Source of the DNA: Candidatus Berkelbacteria bacterium
GTDB lineage: Bacteria > Patescibacteriota > UBA1384 > XYA2-FULL-43-10 > CAINNR01
Assembly (NCBI GenBank): GCA_026397235.1
Contig: JAPLVG010000014.1
Span: forward strand, 1 to 58,076
Length of the DNA stretch: 58,076 nt
Direction: 5' to 3'
Shown: positions 17,703 through 27,461 of the stretch, one piece after another
How the letters are laid out: each line of letters opens with the position of its first letter
How positions within the stretch are numbered: the first letter of the stretch is position 1
The notes under the pieces: model-generated
Seen by the model: the letters and a program-made list of their open reading frames with translations, nothing else
The model's database searches: none
Told to the model about the DNA's origin: nothing
Translations under genes and position numbers: made by a program

Positions 17703-17799
17703 ATAATTGAAATGGTAGCCTGAATGCACTTGGTATCGAACAACTTTTAGCCTGGCTGAATCAGCTGGTGGTCGCATATTCAAAAAAGGAAGATGAAAG

Positions 17800-18015
17800 T
17801 TAAAGGATGGTTTTGGACTTTATGCCTAAGGCCTTTTTAATACCTTGAATTTTCTCAAGCGTTGGGTTTTCTTCTCCACGTTCAATTCTAGCGTAATAGT
17901 TAACACTAACGCCAGCTTTCTCGGCAACATCTGCTTGCGTAAGCTTGGCAGCTTCGCGCCTTTGCTTCAACTCACTGCCGAATTGTTTTTGAATATTTTC
18001 TGGTGTCGTATCCAT
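17800..18015 (-). CDS. XRE-family helix-turn-helix transcriptional regulator
   Basis: LKQRREAAKLTQADVAEKAGVSVNYYARIERGEENPTLEKI is a classic Cro/C1 HTH. Alternative start at 18033. Confidence 0.75.
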   Translation of the reverse strand: MDTTPENIQKQFGSELKQRREAAKLTQADVAEKAGVSVNYYARIERGEENPTLEKIQGIKKALGIKSKTIL

Positions 18016-18073
18016 ATAGGGATAATATATCACATTTCATTCCAAAAGCAATCATGGTCTCTAGACGGGGCAC

Positions 18074-18108
<35 letters not shown>

Positions 18109-18175
18109 GAGATTAGAAACTAAAAATAATTAACTAATATCTTGGCTTTAGTTCAAGATAAAATTTGGAGGTAAA

Positions 18176-18523
18176 ATGGGAGTTGAGCAAGGCGGACCAA
18201 GCGAAGAAGATTTGAGAGTTAGAATAGAAGCAGGAGAGCCGGAGGGAAGAACGGACGATGTTGATTTGGCACACGATCGGGCATTAAAATCAGACCCGTA
18301 TAGAACAGATGCAAAACATTTGCGAGCGCAAGAACAAGCGTTTGTTGATGCGAAAGTGACGGATGACGCCGAAGGTCAGATTTTTAGGGAAAGTACTGCA
18401 AGATTTAACCAAGGTGAAATGCGAAAAGCTCGTGTAGTTGGGGATAAAGCTCTTCGTGCCGAAACTGCAGCAGATATGATTGAAAATGGTGCGCTAGATG
18501 AAAAACCAGCCGAAAAAGAATAG
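18176..18523 (+). CDS. small acidic hypothetical protein (115 aa)
   Basis: GGAGG SD. The N-terminus MGVEQGGPSEEDLRVRIEAGEPEGR is paralogous to that of 19835..20077. Confidence 0.5.
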   Translation: MGVEQGGPSEEDLRVRIEAGEPEGRTDDVDLAHDRALKSDPYRTDAKHLRAQEQAFVDAKVTDDAEGQIFRESTARFNQGEMRKARVVGDKALRAETAADMIENGALDEKPAEKE

Positions 18524-18604
18524 TAGTATAAATATACTATAGCTAAAACATTTTTATAGAAAAGTCGTCTCGAGAAGAGGCCGATTTTTCTACCTAGAAT
18601 GATT

Positions 18605-18632
18605 AAAGGCCGCGCAACTGCGCGGCCTTTTT
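18605..18632 (+). terminator. rho-independent terminator between convergent genes
   Basis: GGCCGCGC-AACT-GCGCGGCC followed by T5. Confidence 0.6.
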
Positions 18633-18655
18633 GTGGTATTACTTCACTGGCTTAG

Positions 18656-19069
18656 CTATTCCAGCTGGTTGAGGTCGAAGCCGACAGCCTTGAGTGCTGC
18701 GGTCAGTGTCGTGTGTGTCGTGTCGTCGCCCGAGACTCGGTAGACGTTGAACTTCCTCGGTGTACAGGCATGACCAGGAGAATTGTAGCGGCTGATGACA
18801 CGGTTGTCGCCACCATTCATCCGGATGCTGCGCTCCTTGTAATAGCTGAATTCCTTCACCATCATCTTGGCGTCGGCAATGATCCGCTCGTCGGTCATCT
18901 CATCGCCATTGGTGTAGCCGATCGCGCCGGCGTCACGCAACTTCGTCATGGACTCGATGATCTGCTCTTCCGTTTGCGTATGCGGAATCACTGCAGGATT
19001 ACCATCGTCGTCCATCGAGACGGACTGGGCGAATCGTGGGCAAAGCGAACTCATGCGCGGACTTTTCAT
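18656..19069 (-). CDS. hypothetical protein, G+C-rich ORFan inside the element
   Basis: AAGGAA SD 8 nt upstream of the ATG. Clearly higher G+C than its flanks. No family recognised. Confidence 0.5.
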   Translation of the reverse strand: MKSPRMSSLCPRFAQSVSMDDDGNPAVIPHTQTEEQIIESMTKLRDAGAIGYTNGDEMTDERIIADAKMMVKEFSYYKERSIRMNGGDNRVISRYNSPGHACTPRKFNVYRVSGDDTTHTTLTAALKAVGFDLNQLE

Positions 19070-19266
19070 GCTGAACGTTCCTTTCAGAGAGGTACAGCTT
19101 TTATATCACAAATGCTATAAGTTGTCCATCATATTCCGATGTTAACTGCAAGATTACTAGAGTACAGAGCCCTGAGATTTCGGCCACTTCGAGGGCTTTT
19201 TTTATTGGCTATTCCCATAGAATATACTAACGCAAAGAAAATCCCTCGTGACATTTTTTGGGGCAC

Positions 19267-19295
19267 TTGACTACTACTACTACTACTACTACTAT
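19267..19295 (+). promoter_or_regulatory. putative promoter with a 17-nt (ACT)8 spacer (predicted ON state)
   Basis: TTGACT 19267-19272, TACTAT 19290-19295, spacer exactly 17 nt. Confidence 0.5.
19270..19293 (+). repeat. (ACT)8 microsatellite
   Basis: Eight perfect units, in a ~105-nt duplicate (19260-19361) of 18067-18175. Confidence 0.95.
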
Positions 19296-19361
19296 GAGAT
19301 TAGAAACTAAAATAATTAACTAATATCTTGGCTTTAGTTCAAGATAAAATTTGGAGGTATT

Positions 19362-19781
19362 ATGCCTAATGGGCCAGAAGGTTATCAACCAAGCGAGGAT
19401 GAGATTAAATCAGCAGAAGAACACATGACGGAAAGAGAATCAATCGTGAGTGAAGCCAGAGAAGAGGCTCACAATGTTGTCGAGCACTTTCGGGACGAGG
19501 ATCGTAAAAATTATACAATTACTTGGTCAGATGCGAATTTTGCGAATATGAGAAAGTCTGATCCAGAGGGAGCTCAACAGCTTAAGGACTCGGTAGAACA
19601 AAGAGCACGAAGAATGATTAAGGAGAGTGGAATTAGCCCAAGAACAGTTGAAATTAGGTCAAAGTTCATAAAAGGAGAGGACTTCTCTAATAGTTTTGGC
19701 GGCCGGACGTCTGACCGTAACGAACGCAGTCTCCATGTTGTGGATGAACATGGTGAGGCTCACATGCTTGGCAAGCTTTAA
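19362..19781 (+). CDS. hypothetical acidic protein (139 aa)
   Basis: GGAGG SD in the duplicated leader; no family recognised. Confidence 0.5.
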   Translation: MPNGPEGYQPSEDEIKSAEEHMTERESIVSEAREEAHNVVEHFRDEDRKNYTITWSDANFANMRKSDPEGAQQLKDSVEQRARRMIKESGISPRTVEIRSKFIKGEDFSNSFGGRTSDRNERSLHVVDEHGEAHMLGKL

Positions 19782-19834
19782 TTCCCTTAATTATTCAGAG
19801 AAAATACAGTACACTATTAAAATTTGGAGGAAAA

Positions 19835-20077
19835 ATGGGAGCTGAACAAGACGGACCGGGTGAAGAAGCAATGAAAATTCGTCCTGGCGAACCAGAAACT
19901 CGAGAATCAGACACAAACAAAGCAGAATTTGATGCAAAATTATTAGAAGGCAGAATATCAGACCAAAAAGAACAAGTCCAGATTGCTCAATCACAACTTG
20001 AAAAGGCAAAGGCGGAGCTTGCTAGGTTGGAGCAGTTGAAGCAAGATGGCAATGTCGCCGATTATGAGGAAAATTAA
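19835..20077 (+). CDS. small acidic hypothetical protein (80 aa), paralogue of 18176..18523
   Basis: AAAATTTGGAGG SD context repeated; N-terminus MGAEQDGPGEEAMKIRPGEPETR; coiled-coil-like C-terminus. Confidence 0.5.
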   Translation: MGAEQDGPGEEAMKIRPGEPETRESDTNKAEFDAKLLEGRISDQKEQVQIAQSQLEKAKAELARLEQLKQDGNVADYEEN

Positions 20078-20220
20078 CGCCGAAATAAAAAACATTCCAA
20101 AAAATATTTGCCACGACGCGCACATGGTTGACTCAAGATAGTATTATCCAATAATGCATAGAATATAAGAGAAGCCGGTCTGATGACCGGTTTTTCATTA
20201 ATTATATTGCTGAGTCCGTC

Positions 20221-21003
20221 TTAAGGTGTTTCCCAAATCTCAGCGCCGATTCCTTGTTCTCGAATATTGTCATTAGTCGCAAACCAGGCATCGAAGTCTT
20301 CTGGTTCTTGATTATCATCGAGTAGCCATTTCATTGTTCGTTTGGCATAAATCATCAAGCCCAAAGTCTGGCAGGCGAAGAGAATAGTTGGAAATGGTTG
20401 TCCGGTATTTTCTTCCCACTCATTGGAAAAGAAAAACTCAATATAGGTCTTCATTTTCTTTTTGATCATGTACTTTGGTTGCGCGGAATCCAAAATAACT
20501 AATATGAATTGCTTAAATTCTGTTTTAGTTTTTTTAGTAAATATCAGCTGCTGGCTCAAATCTTCCATAAACTTGTATTGTTGATTTGAGGTGACACCCG
20601 CAGCTGTTTCAAATATGTAATTGATTTCGCCTTTAGCATTTATTGCTAACAAGCTCAAGCAAATATTAGCCAAAAATATTTGCTCATCAATAAAGCCCTG
20701 CGATCTTTCATTATCGCGGTAGAGCTTCTTGAGATACTTGTCATTATCTTGACCTAGGGATTTGTAGTACTTTATAGCATTTGCTCCAGCGTAGTAAATT
20801 GCCGGTTTAGTATTTTCACCCAGTTTATTTGAATAGATTCTGCCGAGGTATTCTTTTTGAGTTAAGTCTTTTAGCCAGTCGTTTATTCTTTTGTGATATT
20901 TATGATTTAGGAATGTTTGAATTTGTATTCTGTTTAGGAATCGGTATGTATATATTAGATTGAGTATCTCTATTTGTTTGTTGGTTATTTTTGGTAGTGT
21001 CAT
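20221..21003 (-). CDS. replication-relaxation-family-like protein (N-terminal wHTH)
   Basis: ITNKQIEILNLIYTYRFLNRIQIQTFLNHKYHKRINDWLKDLTQKEYLGRIY matches the N-terminal pattern of Replic_Relax proteins. Called from memory. Confidence 0.5.
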   Translation of the reverse strand: MTLPKITNKQIEILNLIYTYRFLNRIQIQTFLNHKYHKRINDWLKDLTQKEYLGRIYSNKLGENTKPAIYYAGANAIKYYKSLGQDNDKYLKKLYRDNERSQGFIDEQIFLANICLSLLAINAKGEINYIFETAAGVTSNQQYKFMEDLSQQLIFTKKTKTEFKQFILVILDSAQPKYMIKKKMKTYIEFFFSNEWEENTGQPFPTILFACQTLGLMIYAKRTMKWLLDDNQEPEDFDAWFATNDNIREQGIGAEIWETP

Positions 21004-21286
21004 TGTTTTGTTATTTTTAGTTGAAGTGAATTATCTTTTTCACCTAACCTACCTAACCATACATTATGTAAGGGTTAGTGCTAAAATATTTCTGGTTTTA
21101 GCCTCAAAAACCGCCATTTCTTGCCCCAGCGGCTGATACAAGCGCTGATACAATTTAATACCTGATTTGAGAGCCTGTCAAGGTGGTAATTTGACGGTCT
21201 TTTTAACCAGTAAATTGTGAAATCTGACTAGTGAATTTGTGCTCTCGGGGATTGAATATATTATTGTTATTCTTTGGTCTACGCTC

Positions 21287-21333
21287 TTGACACTATCCCT
21301 ATCGGGATACTATACTATCAATATAGGGATATA
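21287..21333 (+). promoter_or_regulatory. promoter with operator-like palindrome in the spacer
   Basis: TTGACA 21287-21292, 18-nt spacer, TATACT 21311-21316. Palindrome TATCCC-TATC-GGGATA at 21294-21309. TATAGGGATA at 21322-21331 recurs at 18015-18024 on the XRE start codon. Confidence 0.45.
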
Positions 21334-21346
21334 TATTGGAGGGTAG

Positions 21347-21661
21347 ATGTCACCGGAGCAAATAAAATTAGCGGGTAATCGGGATAGAGTTTCTGCTGTT
21401 AATAGCCCAGCACTGAATTTTAATTCTAGCCAGCAATCATCATTAGAATATGCCCTCAAAACAATTTTTCCTGAATCCAAGACGGAAACTCAACTTCAAA
21501 AAGCCAGGAGAATTCTCGGCGATATAGCTACTGATATGAGCGATGACGAGTTAATTGGTTGCCTGGCCCAATTTCAGTTTCTTTTAAATTCATGGTTGGA
21601 CGATTATGAAAAACAAATTTTCAACGAAAAACCTTTAGACCAATTATTAAAAGGAGGGTAA
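21347..21661 (+). CDS. hypothetical protein (104 aa) upstream of the recombinase
   Basis: GGAGGG SD. Its stop lies 1 nt before the recombinase ATG, suggesting an operon. Confidence 0.45.
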   Translation: MSPEQIKLAGNRDRVSAVNSPALNFNSSQQSSLEYALKTIFPESKTETQLQKARRILGDIATDMSDDELIGCLAQFQFLLNSWLDDYEKQIFNEKPLDQLLKGG

Positions 21662-21662
21662 C

Positions 21663-23240
21663 ATGGCTAATCTTGATTTTATGACGGCTCAAAAACAACG
21701 CAGTGCCGTAATTTATTTACGTGTATCGACCGAAGAACAATGCGATAATTATTCACTAGATACTCAAGAAGAGATTTGCAGAAAAGAAGCGGAGCGAAAA
21801 GAATTGGCAGTAACGGAAATCTTTCGAGAGGAAGGTCGTTCTGCTAAAACAATCAAAGGAAGGCCAACATTGATCGAAATGTTGGAGTTTTGTCGCAAAA
21901 ACAGAAAAGACATCGACGCGGTTATTATTTACCGACTTGACCGGATCTCGAGACAAACAGCCGACTATTTGGCTATCCGCAAGAAACTGGCGGAGTGCGA
22001 GATTAAACTAATTTCAGCGACGGAACCAACCGGCAATTCTCCAACTGAGAAATTTGTTGAAACAATGTTGGCTGGCTTTGCCCAAATGGACAATGATGTC
22101 CGAAGCGAAAGAACCAAAAATGGCATGAGGGCAAGACTACTGGCAGGACTCAACACTGGCTATGTGCCTTTGGGATATTTAAATCAAAACGGATATGCCA
22201 CCAAGGATCCTAAGACTTTTGATCAAATGAAAGTTGCTTGGGATGTAATGGCTGGTGGGACGACAACACTAAGGGAAATGGCAGATATTTTAAACAAGCA
22301 GGGGCTTCAAGCCGGAACACCGAGAATTAAACAATCCCCGCTGCGTCCACAAACTCTTAACAGGATATTCCGCAACAAGTTCTATGTTGGCAAAGTAGTT
22401 TCTAAAAAATATGGTCTAGAAATTCAAGGTCAACACACTCCGATGATTAGCGAAGAGCTATTTTATCGTGTCCAAGCTGTTATTGACGGTAGAAATACCA
22501 GCAAATTTATTGTCGCTACTCGAAGGAACCGAGATAATCCTGATTTCCCACTGCGTCGTATTGTCAAATGCGGACACTGCGGCAGATCGTTCACCGGCGC
22601 CAAGAGCAAGGGCAAGCAAGCTCGTTACGGCTATTACTTTTGTCCGAACCGATGCCATGAGGCCAACGAACCAATTGGAGCATTGGATACAGCAACTCAG
22701 GCTGAATTGGGCGGTATCAATTTGAAAGATAGGACAGTTGTTCTTTTAAATGCCTGGTTGCGCCGCTCATATTTTGAGCGAGTTGCCGGCTTGAGAAAAA
22801 GGCGAGAAGAATCGGAGTTTGAATTGAAAAAACTCTATGAATTTCGTCAGGCCTTAATTGAAAAAAATCTCGCGGGTATTTATTCCGACGAGATCTTTAA
22901 AGAACAGAACCGAATTGTTGAAGACAAAATCAAGACCTTGCAGATTACCAGAGACGATGAACTGATTAAACGGTACAACCTGGAAGAAATCTGCGACTTC
23001 GTTCAAGACAAACTGACCAATTTACCGAAAACTTACGAAACTTCAAGCCTGGATCAGAAGCGGACGCTCTTGTGTTCGATATACCCCTCTGGAATGGTAT
23101 GGAAGAATCATGCGTATTCGAACAACGTAATTCGTAAGTTCTACAGTGCCTTTTTAGACTTGCAAAAGGACTTTGTAACCTTTGGTAGCCCGGATGGGAG
23201 TCGAACCCATGATCTCTTGGATGAGAACCAAGTATCCTAG
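21663..23240 (+). CDS. large serine recombinase (integrase type)
   Basis: Resolvase catalytic domain (AVIYLRVSTEEQ...YSLDTQ), recombinase domain, zinc ribbon (CGHCGRSFTG...YYFCPNRCH) and coiled coil. The last 58 nt overlap tRNA-Glu on the opposite strand. Confidence 0.85.
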   Translation: MANLDFMTAQKQRSAVIYLRVSTEEQCDNYSLDTQEEICRKEAERKELAVTEIFREEGRSAKTIKGRPTLIEMLEFCRKNRKDIDAVIIYRLDRISRQTADYLAIRKKLAECEIKLISATEPTGNSPTEKFVETMLAGFAQMDNDVRSERTKNGMRARLLAGLNTGYVPLGYLNQNGYATKDPKTFDQMKVAWDVMAGGTTTLREMADILNKQGLQAGTPRIKQSPLRPQTLNRIFRNKFYVGKVVSKKYGLEIQGQHTPMISEELFYRVQAVIDGRNTSKFIVATRRNRDNPDFPLRRIVKCGHCGRSFTGAKSKGKQARYGYYFCPNRCHEANEPIGALDTATQAELGGINLKDRTVVLLNAWLRRSYFERVAGLRKRREESEFELKKLYEFRQALIEKNLAGIYSDEIFKEQNRIVEDKIKTLQITRDDELIKRYNLEEICDFVQDKLTNLPKTYETSSLDQKRTLLCSIYPSGMVWKNHAYSNNVIRKFYSAFLDLQKDFVTFGSPDGSRTHDLLDENQVS

Positions 23241-23259
23241 GCCACTAGACGACCGGGCC
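23183..23259 (-). tRNA. tRNA-Glu (anticodon CTC), CCA encoded
   Basis: GGCCCGGTCGTCTAGTGGCCTAGGATACTTGGTTCTCATCCAAGAGATCATGGGTTCGACTCCCATCCGGGCTACCA. Glu-type D arm and anticodon loop TTCTCAT. Position 1-72 is a G-U pair. Confidence 0.88.
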
Positions 23260-23387
23260 AAATTATTATTTGGACACAAAAACTATAGCACGAAGCGGGT
23301 GATTTTTAAAGCCTTGGATTGAATTTCTGCGACAAAAATGGTATAAAACTATTGATTCACCTAATTCACCCGAATTGAGGTGCGGAA

Positions 23388-23606
23388 ATGTTAGATGATG
23401 ATTTCGATTATCCCCCTTGGGCTTGGGTTTTGCTCCTAGTTCTGGTCGCCGTGATGGTGTTGGTGTCATGTTTTGCTGGTCCGCCTCCAGCTCAGCCAGT
23501 CGCTCAATTGCATCCCAGCCATCAGGGGCAGCAGGCGCCCAGTAAGCCGGCCGGTGGTGATGATGACCAGGATCGAAATGGTTCCTGGCTGTTATTCGGC
23601 CTTTGA
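23388..23606 (+). CDS. small membrane protein, G+C-rich ORFan (72 aa)
   Basis: GAGGTG SD, one TM helix (WAWVLLLVLVAVMVLVSCF), Pro/Gln-rich tail, own terminator. Confidence 0.5.
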   Translation: MLDDDFDYPPWAWVLLLVLVAVMVLVSCFAGPPPAQPVAQLHPSHQGQQAPSKPAGGDDDQDRNGSWLLFGL

Positions 23607-23617
23607 CCCAATTTCTG

Positions 23618-23647
23618 AAACCGCAGTTGTCCTGCGGTTTTTTTCTT
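23618..23647 (+). terminator. rho-independent terminator
   Basis: AAACCGCAG-TTGTC-CTGCGGTTT followed by a T-run. Confidence 0.7.
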
Positions 23648-23677
23648 TTTCAATCAATATGGTTTAAAATAGAATTA

Positions 23678-25183
23678 ATGAAACTTAAAATTCCTAAATT
23701 TTGGGAAAAGATTCCCAGCATTAAGAGTTGGCAGTTTTGGCTGAAGATTTTTTTAGTTGTGGTGATCATTCTTGCCGGGATTGTCGGAGTTTTGTTATTT
23801 AAAAGATATCAGGCAGTCGCACCGGTGTCAGAGAATAAAATTGCAGAAATTGCTCCGGTTATACCAACTGAGAATGCTAAAAAAGCGGTTATCGCAGCAC
23901 CGCCAAAGATAAAAACCTCGGGAAAAACTTCGGTTAAAACAAATTCTGACGGGTCAAAAACAGTTACGACTGCAACTGGGCCAACTAATTCGGCTGATAT
24001 AGCTGCTGCTGCCGCCGCTGGGCCATCGGCATCGATTTCCGGCATTCATTATATTGATCAAACAGGTAAACACTCGGAGCTTGGTGACCAATTGAAGTCC
24101 TATATGTCGTCGAATCTTTTGGTTAAGGGCGAAGTCACAAGCATGTATTCAATAATTCTCGAGAATGCCGGCGATACGGGCTGGGCTGGACTTTATTCCG
24201 GATCCTATAATCAGGACCAAAGTGGTCACATAACCTCCGCCTGGGGCTATATAACGTTAAATAGCTACTATTATGAAGGCAATGCCTACTTCACTGATTA
24301 CATGAAGCTGATTTTGTCGCATGAGTACGGTCATCATTATACTTTATATTATAAATGGATGGTTTGGCAGATTCCGGCCGGTCAGCGATTTCCAGATTCC
24401 TATTATGCCATCAGACCGTTGACTAAATCAGGGACGGCGCCTGACTATTCGCTTGGTTGGGGAAATTGTGATGCGGAAATTATGGCAGAGGATTACTCCT
24501 ATTTATATTCTGGTTACGGTTATCACGGCATGGCTGCAACCTACGGTTATCCTTCGGCAGCGACTAGGACTTGGCTTGTAAATGAACCTGGCGGATCTAG
24601 CGCCCCTGCTCCGGCATCAGATAGCGCACCAACAGTTTCAATTACCGCACCTGCCAGTGGCGCAACTGTATCTGGCACCATGCTGTTTACTGCCACTGCA
24701 GCTGACGACAATGGTGTAACCAAGGTTGGGTTTTATATCGATAATAATTTGTTGGTTGATGATTCCATCGCCCCGTACGAAACTACATTTAATTCTGCCA
24801 GCTACGGTAATGGCGCACATACTTTGCGTGCCAGGGCTTATGACACAGCTGGGCAAACGACTGATTCAACAATTTCCATCACTATCAACAATGCTGTTTC
24901 TGACAGTGAGAATCCAACGGTCACTATCACTGATCCAGCCGACAACCCGCACGCTTGGTCGTCGGGAACTTTGCATATTAGTGTTTCGGCCACCGACAAT
25001 GTCGCAGTGCAAAAAATTGAGATTTATATTAACGACCAATTAGCGCTAACCCAAAACTCATCATCCATCTCAGCAACCTGGAACTACAACAACGCCCCCG
25101 CCGGCACTTACACCTTGAAAGCAAAAGCCTACGATACTTCCGGCAACACCGCCGAAACAAGCATCGTCGTAAATAAAACTTAA
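23678..25183 (+). CDS. membrane-anchored protein with HExxH metallopeptidase-like motif and two Ig-like domains
   Basis: N-terminal TM helix, LSHEYGHHYT, and two ~90-aa repeats (APTVSITAPASGATVSGT...; NPTVTITDPADNP...). Start moved from 23603 because the terminator at 23618-23647 lies inside the track ORF. Confidence 0.55.
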   Translation: MKLKIPKFWEKIPSIKSWQFWLKIFLVVVIILAGIVGVLLFKRYQAVAPVSENKIAEIAPVIPTENAKKAVIAAPPKIKTSGKTSVKTNSDGSKTVTTATGPTNSADIAAAAAAGPSASISGIHYIDQTGKHSELGDQLKSYMSSNLLVKGEVTSMYSIILENAGDTGWAGLYSGSYNQDQSGHITSAWGYITLNSYYYEGNAYFTDYMKLILSHEYGHHYTLYYKWMVWQIPAGQRFPDSYYAIRPLTKSGTAPDYSLGWGNCDAEIMAEDYSYLYSGYGYHGMAATYGYPSAATRTWLVNEPGGSSAPAPASDSAPTVSITAPASGATVSGTMLFTATAADDNGVTKVGFYIDNNLLVDDSIAPYETTFNSASYGNGAHTLRARAYDTAGQTTDSTISITINNAVSDSENPTVTITDPADNPHAWSSGTLHISVSATDNVAVQKIEIYINDQLALTQNSSSISATWNYNNAPAGTYTLKAKAYDTSGNTAETSIVVNKT

Positions 25184-25216
25184 GAACAAAAGAACTTAGA
25201 GACTAAAGAACTAAAT

Positions 25217-25244
25217 AAAAAAAACCGCCCCAGACGTCGGGGCG
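25217..25244 (-). terminator. rho-independent terminator of the G+C-rich gene 25251..26111
   Basis: CGCCCC-N7-GGGGCG with an A8 run on the plus strand (U-run on the minus strand). Confidence 0.6.
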
Positions 25245-25250
25245 ATGGAT

Positions 25251-26111
25251 CTACTGTCCCATTCTTTGCAGGAACATCTCCTGGTAGTCGGCGATGAGCG
25301 AGACATTGTCGTAGAGCATGAGCATGTCCAAGGCTCGGCAAGCTTTCTCCTGCCTTGTGGTACCAGCCGAGTGATCGTGTCGCAGAACATTGAGTTCCAC
25401 TAGCACCTTGATCCGCTGCTCTCGGGTGGCCAAGGGTCTTTGATCGCGCAGTGCTTTCTTGACGGCGTCTTGAGTGTGCTTTGCCACGATCTTCGCAGTA
25501 TCCGGAAGGGCGTACTTGGTCAACGGTTGGGATAGACCTGATTCCGTCGCGAAGCTGACGAGTGCGCGAAAGGCTTGGCGTTGTTTTTGGTATCTTTCGC
25601 GTCCTGTCACAAGACGGATGTAGGTGTAGCGTTCGGCGTAGATGCCGAAGATGACATTGTCGCAGATCTTCTCGAGAATATCCCCTATGACCTTCAGGGT
25701 GTCGCGGACCTCGCGGTGGTGCCCCAGATCTTCGCTAGAATCCCAACGCTGATAAGCGGCGATCATTTTGTTGATCGTCGACGGATCAGCGTTGGCGATC
25801 AAGTCGTCTTGGACTTGCTGGGGGACAGACAGTATCTTGGACCCCAGGATCTCGATTGCCAGCAGTTGTTGGTTGCGAGCTTCACCGCCCTGCGGGCCGC
25901 CAACCAGCATTGGTAGGAGGCAATTGGCCCTCATCAACACCAGCTTCCAACTCATCTTGTTAGGGTCTTTCGGCACAAGGTGGGGTATTGCTCGCAGCAA
26001 CCTTATGGCTTCATCAGCCGAACGGACCCCCATCCACAGATCCTGGAAATCTTCCAAATAGTCCCGGCCGAGTGCACCAACATCTACTCCGCTAAGCGTA
26101 GTCGTGGACAT
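25251..26111 (-). CDS. hypothetical protein, G+C-rich ORFan (286 aa)
   Basis: TTTAGGAGGTGG SD 5 nt before the ATG at 26111; the track GTG at 26120 lies inside the SD. No family recognised. Confidence 0.55.
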   Translation of the reverse strand: MSTTTLSGVDVGALGRDYLEDFQDLWMGVRSADEAIRLLRAIPHLVPKDPNKMSWKLVLMRANCLLPMLVGGPQGGEARNQQLLAIEILGSKILSVPQQVQDDLIANADPSTINKMIAAYQRWDSSEDLGHHREVRDTLKVIGDILEKICDNVIFGIYAERYTYIRLVTGRERYQKQRQAFRALVSFATESGLSQPLTKYALPDTAKIVAKHTQDAVKKALRDQRPLATREQRIKVLVELNVLRHDHSAGTTRQEKACRALDMLMLYDNVSLIADYQEMFLQRMGQ

Positions 26112-26170
26112 TATGTCCACCTCCTAAAGCAGTGCTGCGGTATTGTTAGCCCCGCGCAATGGCTAACGCC

Positions 26171-26199
26171 AATATAGCAGAATTGTGAAAATCCGGCAA
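26171..26199 (-). promoter_or_regulatory. extended -10 promoter of 25251..26111
   Basis: Minus strand: TTGCCG, 17-nt spacer, TGC-TATATT. Confidence 0.45.
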
Positions 26200-26342
26200 T
26201 ACAAAAAGAGGGAGAGATATCTTCCCGCTTTTTTTATTTTTATTACTATTGCTAAATTGTAACGATCGATACAAAATATCAAAAAATAATCAGTAGATTT
26301 CCCTGCTTAGGTTCCGCCAAAGGCGGACAGGCGAAATGATAT

Positions 26343-26378
26343 TAGAAATTTGGTGGATTCCCGCCTTCGCGGGAATGA
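26343..26378 (+). repeat. half copy (second hairpin) of the 65-nt twin-hairpin element
   Basis: GTGGATTCCCGCCTTCGCGGGAATGAC. Confidence 0.7.
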
Positions 26379-26456
26379 CAAAACAGAGATCCTGAAAAGA
26401 TTTCAGGCTGCCATTTTTTTAGAAATTAGGTCAATTAGAAATTAGAAATTGAGTCC

Positions 26457-27461
26457 TTATTGTCCTTTGTAAACTACGTAATTGAATATGTCTAAAATTG
26501 TGCCGGTTTGGCGATCGACGTCAGCGGTAATTTGACGGGAGTTGCCGGCAAAATAACCAGTTGATTTTATTGTTGTTGTTAACCCTGAACTATATCTTTG
26601 ACCTGGCATACCTGGTGCGCCTTGAGTAAAACCGAAATAAATCCCGTCATTGGAACCGCCAACCGGTTTTAAAGTCATTTCAGTAATTGTTAATGCAGTT
26701 ATATTCATTTTGGTTTTTAGGCTACTCAGTGTATAGACGCCAATTATTCCACCGGGAGTGACAGTAGAATTTTCGGCATTTGTAATATTTGGACAGCCAA
26801 AACTTGGGTCTTGAAAAAGAGAGGTGTGCTCATTGCTTGCTGAGTCTTTAACTCTAACCTCCAGTGCTCGAGATTTTCCATTACAACTAGGCGTAATCCA
26901 CTTCCAAAAAAGATTAACATCGTTGGCGACGCCAGCGTTAATTGCGAAAGCTTTTGAGTCGTCTTTGGCGATTGTGTATTGACTATTTGTTGAATAATTT
27001 TTCAGATCGTTGCCGTCAACTAATCCGTTTGAGTCAACATCGTCTCCGGTGAAAGCTTGCTGATAGTAAACCCGGAGATCATAAACCTGAGTTCTATCAG
27101 CTAATGAATATGGCCCGGTAACGCCGGAATTATTTATCGGACTTCTCATTGGAGTCAAATTTAAATAATTGCGGTAGGCGTTAATTGGCTGGCGTTTCAG
27201 CAAATCGGAATTTGAGGTAGTGATATTGGCCGGAATCTCAATGTTCTTGTCATATTTAAAGTTTAGCAAACCCTGTTCCTCACCGGATTCGGCGGCGTAA
27301 AAAGCGGCCAAGCCATTATTGTAAGTTTCGGCGATGTTGACTTGGCGGAAGGCGATAGCGGTAACACCAATTGCGACTGATCCGATAATTGCCGCCAATA
27401 AAATCGCCACAACAAGTGCCGCTCCTTTGCGTTTTTGGCCATAGTTTTTGGTTTTTTTCAT
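26457..27461 (-). CDS. PilX-N-like pilus assembly or minor pilin-like protein
   Basis: N-terminus KGAALVVAILLAAIIGSVAIGVTAIAFRQVNIAETYNNGLAAFYAAESGEEQG matches the PilX N-terminal pattern. Confidence 0.5.
   Translation of the reverse strand: MKKTKNYGQKRKGAALVVAILLAAIIGSVAIGVTAIAFRQVNIAETYNNGLAAFYAAESGEEQGLLNFKYDKNIEIPANITTSNSDLLKRQPINAYRNYLNLTPMRSPINNSGVTGPYSLADRTQVYDLRVYYQQAFTGDDVDSNGLVDGNDLKNYSTNSQYTIAKDDSKAFAINAGVANDVNLFWKWITPSCNGKSRALEVRVKDSASNEHTSLFQDPSFGCPNITNAENSTVTPGGIIGVYTLSSLKTKMNITALTITEMTLKPVGGSNDGIYFGFTQGAPGMPGQRYSSGLTTTIKSTGYFAGNSRQITADVDRQTGTILDIFNYVVYKGQ

Noticed and set aside
17520-17723. Track ORF (+) of 67 aa and overlapping minus-strand ORFs 17350..17580 and 17483..17677
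   Set aside because: They read through tRNA-Gln and its duplicated 3' end (..VPGLGVEPRLMEPESTVLPLYYPG is a translated tRNA). No SD is present.
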